DNA from: Octopus vulgaris
Taxonomy: Eukaryota
Direction of reading: 5' to 3'
Assembly: GCA_951406725.2 (NCBI GenBank)
Contig: OX597820.1
Location: 111,848,001 to 111,912,000 of the forward strand
Length of the DNA: 64,000 nucleotides
Below the pieces are notes generated by a model. It made no database searches. It had not been told where the DNA came from and saw only the letters and a list, made by a program, of their open reading frames with translations. The translations under genes were made by a program, and so were the position numbers. This document shows, one piece after another, positions 1 to 14,149 of this stretch. How positions within the stretch are numbered: position 1 is the stretch's first letter; each line of letters begins with the position of its first letter.

Positions 1-200
1 CGAAATGCTTAGCGGTATTTTGTCTGCAGTTACATTCAGAGTTCAAATTCTGCCGAGGTCGACTTTGCCTTTCATCCTTTCGGGGTCGATTAAATAAGTA
101 CCAGTTACACCCTGGGGTCGATATAATCAACTCAATCCGTGTGTCTGTCCTTGTTTGTCTGCTCTGTGTTTAGCCCCTTGTGGGTAGTAAAGAAATAGGT
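1..200 (+). mobile_element. SINE family B (5' end cut by window edge)
   Basis: B-box-like gagttcaaattc followed by gactttgcctttcatcctttcggggtcgat; same sequence in reverse at 7620-7852 and forward at 40424-40640. Confidence 0.75.
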
Positions 201-257
201 ATTTCATCTCAAGATAGCATCTATCATAGACATACTTCTTTCTTCTTCTTTATGCCT

Positions 258-800
258 TTAACCCTCCAACGCAGAGTATAGGGCACTTATAGTTGAATTC
301 CATGTCACATAATTTTTGGCTTCTGTACTTATACCCTGCCAGGAATGTCCCCCTTTCTCTAGTTCCTTTTGTGTTGATCTCCACCACGAGTTCTTAGGCC
401 TACCTCTCCTTCTATATCCAGCCGATTTCCACTGTAAAGCACTTTTCACTACATTTGGTGTGTCTTTTCTAATTGTGCTACCAATCCACTTCCACTTTTT
501 CTTAAATATTTGCTCCCTAATCGAAACTTGATTTGTTCTTTGCCATAGCTCCATATTGCTTATGTGTTCAGGCCATCTAATTTTAAGTATACTACGCAAG
601 CATCTGTTGATGAATGATTATATTTGCTTATTTGACTTAACTGTTGTTTGCCATGTCTCAGCCCCATACAATAACACCCTGAAGTGTCTTTATCCCATAC
701 ATTCTTCATGTTTAACAGGCTTTCACAATACCATTTCCATGTCACTTTGTTGACTTCCACAGTGTTGGCAAATGTACCTTCTTCATCTTGAACACGTTTC
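258..800 (-). mobile_element. RTE-clade LINE 3' fragment (different subfamily from the GAT-tailed copies)
   Basis: ORF 258-599: ILKIRWPEHISNMELWQRT...KWKWIG...ALQW...RRRGRPKNSW, typical RTE ORF C-terminus. Confidence 0.8.
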
Positions 801-1156
801 ATTATGATGTCTCAGTTCTCTTGAACACAGTCTCATAATAAGTCATGCCTCTGATCCTCTTGTTATAGGACATGTGCACATGTCATCATTTCTGGGTGTG
901 TATGTACGTGTATAAAGAGTAACAGGATGTTGTCTGAGTTTTTAGACGCAGCAAATGATTTCAGCTCAAATACTGGCGATTCATTGGTTAAAATTCGAAG
1001 AATTAAACTATGTTAAACTTACAAATTACAAATTTATCAAAAAACCCAAGTGAAAATAATGTTTTCTTTTGACACATTCTACCAATATATGAAGTTTCAA
1101 ATTGTTTAGTTAACTAGAAATTGTGTTGAAATCTGGCTATCAAAAGGAAAAGATCC

Positions 1157-1939
1157 AAGATTTGCTTTACCACATACCGAAGTTTAGAAATAGCAGCCAA
1201 AGAACCTTAGCTGTTTCTTCTACTATAAGAAGAGACTCCCGGACAAAACAAAATACTCAAAATAACCCACATAGACAGAGAGGAAAAATAACGAAATTCA
1301 CTTGGTATTTGATTACCTATGGATGCGTTTCGGAATTAGATCGGTATGAAGAATGTAAAAATCATACTTCACCCAAACATTTTCCTCTTCAGCATAGGAT
1401 TCCACGATATTAAATTTGAGAGCACTGAAAACATTGAACATAACTATCCAATTCAAAACAGTATCAGACAGATCATATTCAATGTCCAGTACCAACAAAT
1501 TCAAAACACACGAATGAGGTTCCTCACCTTCCCTCGCCCATCCACATGTGTTGTTGAGTAAAAATACTACAGAAAAAAACTGTAGTTTATTATCAGGGAG
1601 AAAATTATATTATCAATAATAATAAAGGGTAAAATTAATTAATTAACTAGTAATTAACTAGTAACCAAGTAGAATTCGGCATGAAAAAGGACCATTTTTC
1701 AGTAAACTTAAACAATATTTTATAATATAATGATTTTTACATTCTTCATTACCGATCTAATTCTGAAACGCATCCATAGGTAATCAAATACCAAGTGAAT
1801 TTCGTTATTTTTCCTCTCTGTCTACATGGGTTATTTCGAGTATTTTGTTTTGTCCAGGAGTCTCTTCTTGTAGTAGAAGAAATAGCTAAGGTTCTTTGGG
1901 TGCTATTTCTAAACTTCGGCATGTGGTAAAGCAAATCTT
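1157..1939. repeat. ~210 bp inverted repeat pair (1157-1365 / 1730-1939), MITE/foldback-like
   Basis: Arms are reverse complements; ORFs 1123-1413(+) and 1749-1934(-) translate almost identically. Confidence 0.85.
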
Positions 1940-1983
1940 TGCTGAACCCTAATTATAATTATACTCATAATTATAAAATATTG

Positions 1984-2072
<89 letters not shown>

Positions 2073-2119
2073 TACACATACACTCACAATAACATGTATG
2101 TGTCATATGTGTGTGTGTG

Positions 2120-2170
<51 letters not shown>

Positions 2171-2175
2171 ATATA

Positions 2176-3293
2176 TATATATATATATCAAAATAAGCAA
2201 TAGGATATCTAGAGGTAATGCAGTACAAGCGACTCCATTTAATTGAACAATTCATACTTAGCTTATATAAAACAATACCAGTATCTTCACTACTTAAAAT
2301 AAACTGCTTAGATTATAATTTAATTAATATATAGTTAGTATGTTCTTTTGCCTCAGTACTCCTTTATTTAATACCAGTAAATACCAATGATCAATCTCAA
2401 AAGATACCATCTAATAAAGTTGATATTTAAGTATATAATATGTATAAATATTAAACTACTTCTATGTAATTTCTTTTCCTCCCTCTATTGTGGTGAAATT
2501 TGGTATATACTCAAAAGTATTCAAAACAATTTTATCTTCTTGTTATAATATTTTTCTTTAAAAATCTGAATAACCCTAAATTTCAACTTTATACAATATG
2601 GCAATATTGTTTAAAATATTTAACTATAGTATCCCATGATAAAAATTTCCCCAGTATTATCATCATTGGTTTACTAGGGTCTCGCCTCTTTAATTGTCAG
2701 CTATCATCCTGATTTAAGATTTCCTTTACCAAACCCCATTATATTGCTTCAAATTAATCTTGATAGTTTTATGACTATACTCACCATGATTTCTGTCAAC
2801 TCCCTCAGCCTCTTTCCTAACAGACATTGCTCCTTGTTCTTTGGCCTTAGATTTTGATAGACAAAGATTTGATGAACAAGACTATAAATTAAAACTGACC
2901 CCATAAAACAGTGACAAGCTAGATCTCTAACAAGTCTTTCTTCCTGATACCTTAGTAGCTTCTAAGCTGAAGTGAAGACAGCATGTTCTTTGACTATCTC
3001 CTTACCTTCTTGGCGGTTATAGGTAAAAGTATACTAATGTGTCCATCTGTTTTAATTTAATTTAATTTTGTGTATTTATGCAGCTAATAATTGCTCTGCA
3101 TTTAAATTGATGTAATGGTCGCATTGTTCAATTAAGTGGAGTTGCTTGAAACGATTGTACTGCATTACCTCTAGATATCCTGTTGCTTATTTTGATTTAA
3201 ATCTCCTTATTTTGAAACTGTTTGTATAATACCGTACTAAATTCTGGTGCCTCAACCAAAGTACCTAATTCATCTGAATCTAAATTTTTGCTT

Positions 3294-3296
<3 letters not shown>
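2176..3296. mobile_element. TA-embedded non-coding element with inverted ends and a degenerate hammerhead motif (Penelope-like/MITE-like)
   Basis: atcaaaataagcaataggatatctagaggtaatgcagtacaa (2177) is the near-exact reverse complement of 3154-3196; flanked on both sides by (TA)n. Confidence 0.6.
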
Positions 3297-3517
<221 letters not shown>

Positions 3518-3809
3518 GATCGAGAAACATAGAGAGAGGGGGGGCACATGCATACACGCACACACACCCACACATACATCTACAAATACTGACACAGGCC
3601 TGCTGAATAGCTGAAAAATAGGGAGTAAACTAGTCTGACCTATTTTGTTAATATATGCTTATTTTATTATGTTACTGCCATTATTGCAGAAAATAATTGC
3701 TAATGAAATAATTGTAGCTGATATGGTTAGTAATGTTATTTCAGAATATATATTCAAAGGTATTGGTGAAATATGTGTGTACATATAAATGTATGTGTGT
3801 GTGTGTATG

Positions 3810-3860
<51 letters not shown>

Positions 3861-3963
3861 TGGTGAAGTAATGCTTGGGTAGCATTCCTACCATGTGGTC
3901 TTAGCTTCAACGCTACTGTATAACATCTTCGGTAAGTGTCTAATACTGTAGCTCCAGTTAGAT

Positions 3964-5618
3964 CAAGTGATGAAAGTTACAGAGAGAGCCATAGCCCAAC
4001 TAATTAGGGACAGGGTTAATCTAGATGAGATGCAGTCTGGTTTTGTGCTGAGGAAAAGCACCACTGAAGCTATATTTCTGATAAGGCAGCTGCAGGTGAA
4101 GTACCTAGCCAAAGACAAACCTCTGTATTTGGATTTTGTTGACATGGAGAAAGCCTTTGACAGAATCTCCTAATCCCTTATTTGATAGTCAGTGCAGAAA
4201 CTAGGGATAGATTAGCGGTTGGTGAGAGCTGTGCAAGTCATGTACAGGGATGTTGTCAGTAAGGGGAGGGATGGCAACAAGTATAGCGAATTCAGGGTAC
4301 AATTAAGGGTTCACCAAGGATCAGTTTCAGCCCCCTCTTGCTCATCATTGTCCTCCAGGCAATAACAGAGGAATTTAAGACAGGCTGCCCCTGGGAGCTC
4401 CTCTGTGCTGATCACCTTGTTCTTATTGCTGAATTACTACCAGAACTTGGGAAGAAGTTTCAGGTGTGGAAGCAGGGACTAGAATTGAAGAGCCTTAGAG
4501 TTAGACTAGCAAAAGCCAAAGTCGTAGTAAGTAGGAAAGGTGTAGGCAGAAATTCCATAAGATGTACTCAATGCAAGCTATGGACACATAAGAGGTGCAA
4601 CAGTATCAGAGGAAGGTTAACTGGGAAAATAGGTTTTGTGTGTAGAAAGTGCACAGGTACAATAAACATTAAAAATGTACAGAAAATAGATTCTATCAAA
4701 TGCTAGTGGGGTAAGCTAGAGGTAGTTGATAGCTTCTGTTATCTAGGTGACCAAGTCAGTAGTGGAGGTGGATGCTCCAAGAGTGTAGTTGCAAGAATAA
4801 GAATAGGCTGGGCAAAGTTCAGAGAGCTCCTACCTCTGTTGGCAACAAAGGGCCTCTTCTTCAGAGTGAAAGGCAGATTGTATGATGCCTGTGTAAGAGC
4901 AGCTGTGCTACAGGGCAGCGAAACATGGGCTGTGACCACCGGGGACATGAAAAAGGCTTGAAAGAAATGAAGTTTAGTATGCTTCGCTGAATGTGCAATG
5001 ACAGAGTGTAAGAACCTTGAGAGAAAAGTTGGGCATAAAAGGCATGAAATGTGGTGTGCAAGAGAGATGACTGTGCTGGTATGGTCATGTGATGTGTAGA
5101 CCCAGGAGGACATGGGACAAGGTGTTGAAGCATGATCTTTGAACATTGGGCCTCATGGAGGCGATGACTACTGACTGAGTTCTTTGGCAACATGCCGTGC
5201 TTGAGAAGATCTGTGAAGCTAAGTGAAGTCGTAGTCATGGCCAATGCCAGTGTCATATAATTGGCACCCATGCCAGTGGCACATAAAAAGCACCTTTCAA
5301 GTGTTTGGCCTCACAGAGACAATGACATATGTCTGAGACCTTTGGTGATATGCTGTGATTGAGAAGAAGACTCGTCAAGCCAAGTGAAATCATAGTAGTG
5401 GTGGATACTGGTGTCATGCAACTGGTACCTGTGCCAGTGGCATATAAAAGCACCCATTACATTCACAGAGTGGTTGGTGTTAGGAAGGGCATCCAGCTGT
5501 AGAAACCGTGCAAAATCAGACTGGAGTCTGGTGCAGCCCCTCAGCTTGCCAGTCCTGACCAAACCGTCCAACCCATGCCAGAATAGACAACAGATGTTAA
5601 ATGATGATGATGATGATG
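3964..5618 (+). mobile_element. RTE LINE, 5'-truncated and degraded (RT + 3' UTR + (GAT)n tail)
   Basis: QSGF..KSTTEAIF, FVDMEKAFD, LLCADHL (YADDL), PHD-like CTQCKLWTHKRC; stops/frameshifts; tail 5602-5618. Confidence 0.9.
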
Positions 5619-5917
5619 CAAGCATCAGTGTGTGTGTGTGTGTGTGTGTGTTTGTTATTATCTTCTGACTGTGATATAAACAAGCATCACCTTCATGCAT
5701 ATGGTGTCCTTCATTTCCAGTCTTCCGTGAAAATATGACCAGACATGTTTCTATGGAAACAAGTAGGTTTAACAACAGAAAAGGCTTCCAGCCACAGAAA
5801 AATTTGCTTCAACAAATCCCATCTGTCCTATGTAAGTATAGAAAAGTTGATATTAAAACGATGACGATGACGATATACTGGCCCAAAAATGTTTAGCTTT
5901 ATATATACATATATATA

Positions 5918-6325
5918 AAGTGAAATCGAAGTCAAAATCAAACTTGGTGACTGGCATCCATTGCTAGTGGAGTGCTAAGAGTACCATATGAGTGAGATCG
6001 TTGCCTGAGCAACAAGTTGGCCTTCATGCCGATGGCACGTTAAACACACCATTCAAGTGTGATTGTTACAGCGTCACCTTACTAGCACTTGTGCTGGTGG
6101 CATGTGAAACATTCAAGCGAGGTCGTTGCCAGTGCCGCTAGACTGGCTCCTGTGCAGGTGGCACATAAAAAGCACTATTTGGGTGTGGCCGTTGCCCTTA
6201 CCACAAAACTGGCCCTTGTAAAAGCACCCACTACACTCTCGAAGTGGTTGGCGTTAGGAAGGGCATCCAGCTGTAGAAACTCTGCCAGATCAGATTGAAG
6301 TCTGGTTTGCCAAACCTCAGTCAAA
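5918..6325 (+). mobile_element. RTE 3' UTR fragment
   Basis: aaaagcacccactacactc...gtggttggcgttaggaagggcatccagctgtagaaac motif shared with the other RTE 3' ends. Confidence 0.75.
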
Positions 6326-6821
6326 TTATTTTACTTGAAAATAATTTAAAAAAACGTAAAAATATTGTCTGTTTAAAGAAAGCTAAAATATAAATACTTA
6401 CTGTACAAACAACTTACATTTTTGAAATCACATTCACTTAAAAATATTTCTAAATGATTAAAATATTGTGTTTAACAAAAGCGAAATTAGAAACATTTAC
6501 TGTAAAAAGAAAACAACTCGTATTTTTTTTGTTGTCAAGTCACTAATCAAAAGATAAGAGTTTCTTCCCTTTCAGGATTAAGATTATTTTCAGAATATTT
6601 TCCCATTATGCACCGTTTTGGGTATTTATACCCCCAAAACAGCTAATGGAAACCACTTGTCTGATTTACACGAAACCTGCTTTATTCCCTTTGTATTAAC
6701 ATTTCAGGGTAAATTTAATTCATAGTATTTTCCCATTACAAGCAGGTTGCAGGTTTGGCTGGGTAACATTGCAAGCATGCAAGATTCAAGCTGACTTTTA
6801 ATGTATTATATATATATATAT

Positions 6822-6985
6822 AGGCGCAGGAGTGGCTGTGTGGTAAATAGCTTGCTAACCAACCACATGGTTCTGGGTTCAGTCCCACTGCGTGGCATCT
6901 TGGGCAAGTGTCTTCTGCTATAGCCCCAGGCCGACCAATGCCTTGTGAGTGGATTTGGTAGATGGAAACTGAAAGAAGCCCGTCG

Positions 6986-7018
<33 letters not shown>

Positions 7019-7236
7019 TTGTGTGTGTGTCTGTGTTTGTCCCCCTAGCATTGCTTGACAACCGATGCTGGTGTGTTTACGTCCCCGTCACTTAGCGGTT
7101 CGGCAAAAGAGACCAATAGAATAAGTACTGGGCTTACAAAGAATAAGTCCTGGGGTCGATTTGCTCGACTAAAGGTGGTGCTCCAGCATGGCCACAGTCA
7201 AATGACTGAAACAAGTAAAAGAGTAAAGAGTAAAGA

Positions 7237-7237
<1 letters not shown>
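6822..7237 (+). mobile_element. tRNA-derived SINE family A, full length, with internal (TA)/(TG) tract
   Basis: A box tggctgtgtgg, B box gggttcagtccc; tail cagcatggccacagtcaaatgactgaaacaagtaaaagag; flanked by (TA)n; many copies in window. Confidence 0.85.
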
Positions 7238-7267
<30 letters not shown>

Positions 7268-7273
<6 letters not shown>

Positions 7274-8762
7274 TGGCCAAAATGTCTGTTCAATTTTTTA
7301 AGGGAAAATAAGCACAAGTTTTAAACACAAAGTGATTTATTCAGTCAGTGATATAATTACTGTTTTGTTCCAGTATCTTCTGCCATCTTGTGGGCAGGTT
7401 CACTATTTCCTGCTCAAAGAATTCCCTGTCCTTACTGACAAAAAATTCTTGAGGTTTAATTCTTATATCCTTTTCAGTGTTGAGGGTCAGTCTATTCAAT
7501 GAATTTTGCAGAGACTGAAACAAGCAGAAATTTGAAGATACAAAGTTTGGCTGAATATGGAGCATGAAGCAAAACTTTCCCATCAAGCCCAGTAGCATCT
7601 GCAAAGAAGAGTGAAATCTTATTTCTTTACTGTCCACAAGGGGCTACACGCAGAGGGGACAAACAAGGACAGACACACAGATTAAGTCGATTATATTGCC
7701 TCCAGTGCGTAACTGGTACTTATTTAATCGACCCCGAAAGGATGAAAAGCAAAGTCGACCTCGGTGGAATTTGAACTCAGAACGTAGTGGCAGACAAAAT
7801 ACTGCTAAGCATTTCACCTGGTGTGCTAACGTTTCTGCCAGCTCGCCGCCTTATCGAAAGGGTGAAATCTGACATTGTCATGATGAAGTATAATACCTTC
7901 ACAATTAGCAAGTTCTGGATACTTCTGGTGGATTACTGCATTTAATTTATCCAACTGGTTATGGTATGCATCTGAATTGATGGTTCTATCAATGAGAAGA
8001 AGCTCATAAAAGACAACACCCTTCCAATCCCACCACATTGAAAGCATAACCTTCCTCGGGTGAAGTCTTGCTTTGGAGTTTGTTTGTGGTGGTTTGCCAC
8101 ACTTGCTCCATGATCGTTTGCAATTCCCATTTTTATAGACAATCCATTTTTCATCCCCTATCATCATTCTCTTCAAAAAAGGATCACTTTCTTCACATTT
8201 TGGTGACAAATTGTAGGTGGAAATACATTAGACATGGTTAGCCTCATTCAATTGATGTGTGGCCCAAACATCAAGGCTTCTAACAAAACTAAGTCGATAT
8301 AGATGATTTTCAACACTCAGTTTCATTATGTGGAGAATATCTACAATCATCTTGGTTGTATGGCAGGATTTGGTGTCAACTAATGCTTTCATTTTGTTAC
8401 TGTTAATTTCACTTGGCCAGCCAGAGTGAGAACCAAAAAATTTCCTGATCGAAATCTTGAAAACCACTTCTGGTAGATTCCTTTCCATAACAGCATCCTC
8501 TCTGTAATCAATGAATATCTTGCTGCAGATTTCCACCACTTACTTGTGTTTCTTGAAATAAAAAAGCATGAAGTGTTGATAATGTTGAATTTGGTTCTTC
8601 ATTTTCAGAGTAATTCCAAGCACCCAGTACAACCTGTCTCATTGCAAGTTCACATGAAACCACGTTGAAGTGCCAAGCATTTAATGAAATTAGCTACTTA
8701 ACAGAGTGCTTGATGTTTAGCATCACCAAAAGTTTAGTGTGGACTGTTTGACCAACTTAATA
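7268..8762 (-). mobile_element. mariner transposon, degraded, interrupted by a SINE
   Basis: GDEKWIVY, KVMLSMWWDWKGVV, LHHDN, IVNLPTRWQK; degenerate TIRs gggttggccaaaatgtc / gactgtttgaccaactt within TA. Confidence 0.88.
7620..7852 (-). mobile_element. SINE family B inserted in mariner
   Basis: Reverse complement of 1-200; probable TSD aagagtgaaatct / aagggtgaaatct. Confidence 0.8.
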
Positions 8763-8859
8763 TATATATAAATTACGCAAAAATGAAAATAACACAGACA
8801 TCTCATTTTACCAAAATTACTTTAAAATATCTTCAAATACTAAAGAGTAAATTAATTCA

Positions 8860-9584
8860 ATAAAATTGCCATTGGCTTCAACCATGGCCTTCAGACAACT
8901 TCAGAATCTCCTGCAGCTCTTCTGTTTAAGTTGGTGAATCCTGCCATAATCCTTGCCTTCAGTTCATTTTTGGTGTTCCAAGGAGTTTGTTGGTCACTCA
9001 CTCAACTGCACCCTACACATAATAATCAAAGGAGTCGCAGTCTGGGGAGTTAGGTGGCCAGATGTTAGGGGTGATGTGGTTGCAAAAATTTTCTGACAAC
9101 CATAACTGGGTTCTCCTGCTTGTGTGTCATGGTGTAGTATCCTCTTGCCAGACCAACATAACAGTCACCCTCATAACCTAGGGCAGCACTAACTCTGCCA
9201 GGCACTTGATGTAGGTCTCCCTGTTGAGTCTAAGGATGTGTGGGAAGATGAATGGAGGCAGAATGTCACCATCACTAGTGATCACTCCAAACACCATGAT
9301 GTTGACTAGATGTTTGATTTTTATTACTCTCAGTACATGTGCTCAGATTGACACCCAAACACTCTGAAATGTTCATATTGGAGCTTCCAGCTTGATTGCC
9401 AAGCAATACAGCATGTCATTTCCAAATTTATGGCAGAGTGAATTGTGTCATGGTGCTGTTTTTTCTCACAGACTGTGCTCAACTGACCCTACTATACTGT
9501 GTAGTCAACAAAATCAAAAACAAACAATGTGCATGCACAAATTTAAAAATATAAAATGGTAACAATTTACTCATCACATTCTGT
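8860..9584 (-). mobile_element. Tc1/mariner-superfamily transposase remnant
   Basis: Minus-strand translation WLSENFCNHITPNIWPPNSPDCDSFDYYV (WPPNSPDLNPLDY-like); terminus tacagaatgtg. Confidence 0.65.
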
Positions 9585-9652
9585 ATATATATATATATAT
9601 AGATAGAGAGAGAGGCAGGGACATATCTACCCTCTTAACTTAGTAGTTAACT

Positions 9653-10340
9653 CTGAGAGAAAAGTTGGAATTAAGAAGCATCAGATGTGGTGTACAAGAG
9701 AGATGACTGCGCTGGTATGGTCATGTGTTGCGAATGAATGAGGACAGCTATATGAAAAAGTGTCACACCCTAGCAGTTGAGGGAATTTGTGGAAGAGGTA
9801 GACCCAGGAAAACCTGGGATGAGGAGGTGAGGCACGACCTTCAAACTTTGGACCTTACCGAGGCAATGATAAGTGACCAAGGCCTTTGGAGATATGCTGT
9901 GATTGAGAAGACCTGAGAAGCCAAGTGAGACCATAGCCCATGGCCTATACCAGTGGGTGTAACCAGCCCACTTATGAATACCCCTCATTCATTGGACAAT
10001 AAACTTTGCTTGCGAAGACTTATTGAGGCAAGTGAAATCAAAATTGATGACATGGCCGATGACAGTACCACCTGATTGGCACTTGTGCCAGTGGAATGTT
10101 AAAAGCACATCCTAGTGTGATCGTTGCCAGGGCCATGGATTGGCTCCCATGCTGGTGGCATGTAAAAAGCACCATTCGAGTGTGATTGTTGCCAGTGTCG
10201 CCTTAGTAGCAGATATGTTGGTGGCATGTGATAAACAACATTCAAGCATGGTCACTGCCAGGGTCGCCAGACTGGTTCCCATTCAGGTAGCATGTAAAAA
10301 ATACCTTTTGAGCATGGTCGTTGCCAGAACCGCCTGACTA
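9653..10340 (+). mobile_element. RTE LINE 3' fragment with 3' UTR
   Basis: RMNEDSYMKKCHTLAVEGICGRGRPRKTW; UTR repeats. Confidence 0.85.
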
Positions 10341-10844
10341 TATATATATATATATATAAATATATGGGTACAGGACGTCACAAACAGTAAACAACATGAA
10401 ATATGAAAACAAATGAGTTGAATACACATATGAGAGAAACAAATGGAAAACAGGACAAGTAACATAAAGAACAACCTTTCATCAGTTGTCAGTTGCCTAT
10501 TTACACCTCATTTTGAGCATTAAATGACAATATGAGTCTTTGAAGGCAGTTGCTCCTACAAATACCAATATCTACAGAATTTGCAACCTTTCTTAACAGT
10601 TTTAGGTCAATGCTTAATAACTTTCTGCTTTCTGCCCTCTTTTGCCTCCTCAGAAAAGTTCTGTAGATTTCTAGATTTCTTTTTCACTCGGTGATACCCA
10701 TCTTCAATCAACTCTTTGATTATGTTGTTCACTGTTTGACAATGAAAACTGAAAAATTGAGCTATTTCTCAATTGGATTTTCCACACTGACATTAGTTTA
10801 TGCCTTGCATACATGTAAATTCATCAGTTTTTTTTTTTACTTAC

Positions 10845-10900
10845 TGGTCTTCATTGTTGCATTTTATCAAATTAAAGTCACATTTAATTCATTTATGCAC
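10845..10900 (-). other. candidate 56-nt spliced exon (possible start-codon exon of a gene continuing left of the window)
   Basis: Minus-strand acceptor gttttctcttctttgcag and donor CA|gtaagt; ends ATG AAG ACC A; no product assignable. Confidence 0.3.
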
Positions 10901-11491
10901 CTGCAAAGAAGAGAAAACACATCTCATTAGAGAAAAAAAAAAACTTTTCGTAAATCGCAGTATGTATGAGTATGATTTTGTCATATGTCATCATGCAATT
11001 GGTGTGACTGCGTCAGGTGGAGGAACATATCTGTCTGCGAACACCAGATGGATAAGCTTCCAGTGTTGGTGTTGGACTCAACGTCTCAAAAACCTGGCTA
11101 TTGTTGTGATGGTGGGTTTTGCGCTCGGTCATGGGTGCTGACTTCTTTGCGTGTTCAGCGTTGGCCTGTCCTGTAACATTGCAGAGTAGTTGTCACTCAG
11201 ATGTCTGACTACTTCCGTATTTGGTGGGTTGAACCTCCACTGTAGAAAAGGCCGCACTCAAAAAATCTAGGGCTTATAGGTAATTTTTGTATATTTTTTG
11301 TGAATTGTTGTATTTTGGTAAAATTATTCAGGTAAACTATAGCCGTAGCTCTGAACATTTGAATTACATACGGAGCACTTTATAATGATATAACTCAAGA
11401 TAAACATATCAAAATATGTCTCTTTGAATACTTACATCATTACTTAATTCATGGGCTTTGTTTATGTAGACTAATATATATATATATATAT

Positions 11492-13595
11492 ACCCAATGA
11501 CTGGTGTAGCAGCATAATAGTCAACTGTTATAAAGGTAAAGGTGACACCCTAGATACAAATAATTACAGAGGTATCAAGCTGTTGGATCAAGTAATGAAG
11601 GTTACGGAGAGGGTCATAGCCCAACTAATTAGAGAGAAAGTTAGTTTAGATGAGATGCAGTTTGGGTTCGTGCCAGAGAAAAGCACCACTGATGCTATAT
11701 TCCTGGTAAGACAGCTGCAGGAGAAATATCTAGCCAAAGATAAGCCCCTGTACCTGGCTTTCGTTGACATGGAGAAAGCCTTTGACAGGGTCCCCTGATC
11801 CCTTATCTGGTGGTCAATGAGGAAACTAAGGATAGATGAATGGTTAGTCCCTGTACATGGCTGTACAGCCATGCACAGGGACGCTGCTAATAAGGGTAGA
11901 CGTTTGGGTCCACCAAGGTTCAGTTGTCAACCCCCTTCTATTTATTATAGTCCTCCAGGCAATAACGGAGGGATTCAAGACAGGATGCCCTTGGGAGCTC
12001 CCCTATGCTGATGACCTTGCTCTAATTGCTGAGTCACTATCAGAACTGGAGGAAAAGTTTCAGGTGTGGAAGCAAGGATTAGAACTGAAGGGCCTTAGAG
12101 TCAACCTAGCTAAAACAAAAGTCCTAATAAGTGGGAAGGTAGACCAATCACAAACGCCTTCAGGTAGATGGCCCTGCTCGATCTGTAGAAAAGGCGTAGG
12201 TAGAAACTCTATAAGATGCACCAAGTGTAAGCTATGGACACATAAGTAATATCAAAGGAAGGCTAACAGGGAAGATAGTTTTTGTATGTGGCAGATGCTC
12301 AGGAGCAATAAACACTGAAAATGCGCAGAGACCAACTTCCACCACATTCCAGAGAGAAAAACTAGAAATAGTTGATAGCTTCTGTTACCTAGGTGACCAA
12401 CTCAGTAGCGGGGGCGGGTGTGCTGAAAGTGTAACTGCTAGAGTAAGAATAGCCTGGGCTAAGTTCAGAGAGCTCTTACCCCTGCTGGTGACAAAAGGCC
12501 TCTCGCTCAGAGTAAAAGGCAGACTGTATGACGCATGTCATACAGTTGAAATAGTTGATAGCTTCCGTTACCTAGGTGACCAAGTCAGTAGCGGGGGCGG
12601 GTGTGTTGAAAGTGTAACTGCTAGAGTAAGAATAGCCTGGGCTAAGTTCAGAGAGCTGCTAGGGACAAAAGGCCTCTCGCTCAGAGTAAAAGGCAGACTG
12701 TATGACGCATGTGTACGAACAGCCATGCTACATGGCAGTGAAACATGGGCCGTGACTGCTGAGGATATGCGTAAGCTCACAAGAAATGAAGCCAGTATGC
12801 TCCGATGGATGTGTAATGTTAGTGTTCATACTCAACAGAGTGTAAGTACCTTGAGAGAGAAGTTGGACCTAAGAAGCATCAGTTGTGGTGTGCAAGAGAG
12901 ACGTTTGTGCTGGTATGGTCATGTGACAAGAATGGATGAAGATAGTTGTGTGAAAAAGTGCCCCACCCTAGCGGTTGAGGGAACCTGTGGAAGAGGTAGA
13001 CCCAGGAAAACCTGGGACTAGGTGGTGAAGCACGACCTTTGAACTTTAGGTTTCACCGAGGAAATGACTAGAGACCGAGACCTTTGGAAGTATGCTGTGC
13101 ATGAGAAGACCCGGCAGAACAAGTGAGACCATAACCCGTGGCCTCTACCTGGGATGTAGCCAGTCCACTTATGCATGCCTTTCCTTCTTGGGACACAAAA
13201 CTCTACTTGTGAAGACCGGTTGAGGCAAGTGAAAATCAAAATCGAAATCAAAATCGATCAACATCAATGGAAATTGCAGCTGTGATACCAGTGCCGGTGG
13301 CACATAAGAGACCCATCCGAACATGGCTGTTGCCAGCGCCGCCCCGACTGGCTTCCGTGCCGGTGGCACGTAAAAAGCACCATCCGATCGTGGCCGTTTG
13401 CCAGCCTCGTCTGGCACGTAAAAAGCACCCACTACACTCATGGAGTGGTTGGCGTTAGGAAGGGCATCCAGCCGTAGAAACATTGCCAGATCAGACTGGG
13501 CCTGGTGCAGCCTTCTGGCTTCCCAGACCTCAGTTGCACCATCCAACCCATGCCAGCATGGAAAGCGGACGCTAAATGATGATGATGATGATGAT
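11492..13595 (+). mobile_element. RTE LINE, 5'-truncated, with internal tandem duplication and (GAT)n tail
   Basis: NYRGIKLL, QFGF, FVDMEKAFD, HQGS, YADD, FRYLG; duplicated unit ~12365-12538 / 12547-12712. Confidence 0.93.
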
Positions 13596-14149
13596 AATGG
13601 TTGTTGTTAAGGTGTTGGTTGCCAGTGTAACAGTTTGCATTATGATATACGGTGGAGTCAGCAGTTAGCGATTGTATCGGGTGTTGTTGTTGCACATGTG
13701 CAAGGTTGAAGAACAGTGATCGAAGATGTTAAGAAATATTTATTTACCGTTACTTTGTATAATGTCATGCCTCGACGGGCAGGTGTGTGTATCATATAAA
13801 AACAATAGTTAACTTTTCTTGTAGTTTTTGTTGCTTATGTCTGGTCAACTGCTAGCTGTCTGATTAGGAATAAGAGGAAGATAGAGTGAATGTTAAGTGT
13901 AGGAAGCCAATAAAATGAGACCTTCATTGTGCCTGACATTTAAACAGCTGTGGTGTTGTGATAAGACACTGTATCATAGTTGACATTCCCACTGTAAGCT
14001 TTCTCTCAATTGAATTATCTCACTAACTGGATTCTACCTGTGGGTCATCTCCATTTTGCCTCTGGGTCATCTCCTTTTTGCCAACTAACTTTTACCTATG
14101 GTGTTTTAGTATTTATAATTATCTAAACTAGTTAGAAGGAGAGACATAA

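Noticed and set aside
10470-10490. Minus-strand CTGATGA hammerhead core
   Set aside because: No matching stem II/GAAA/stem III found
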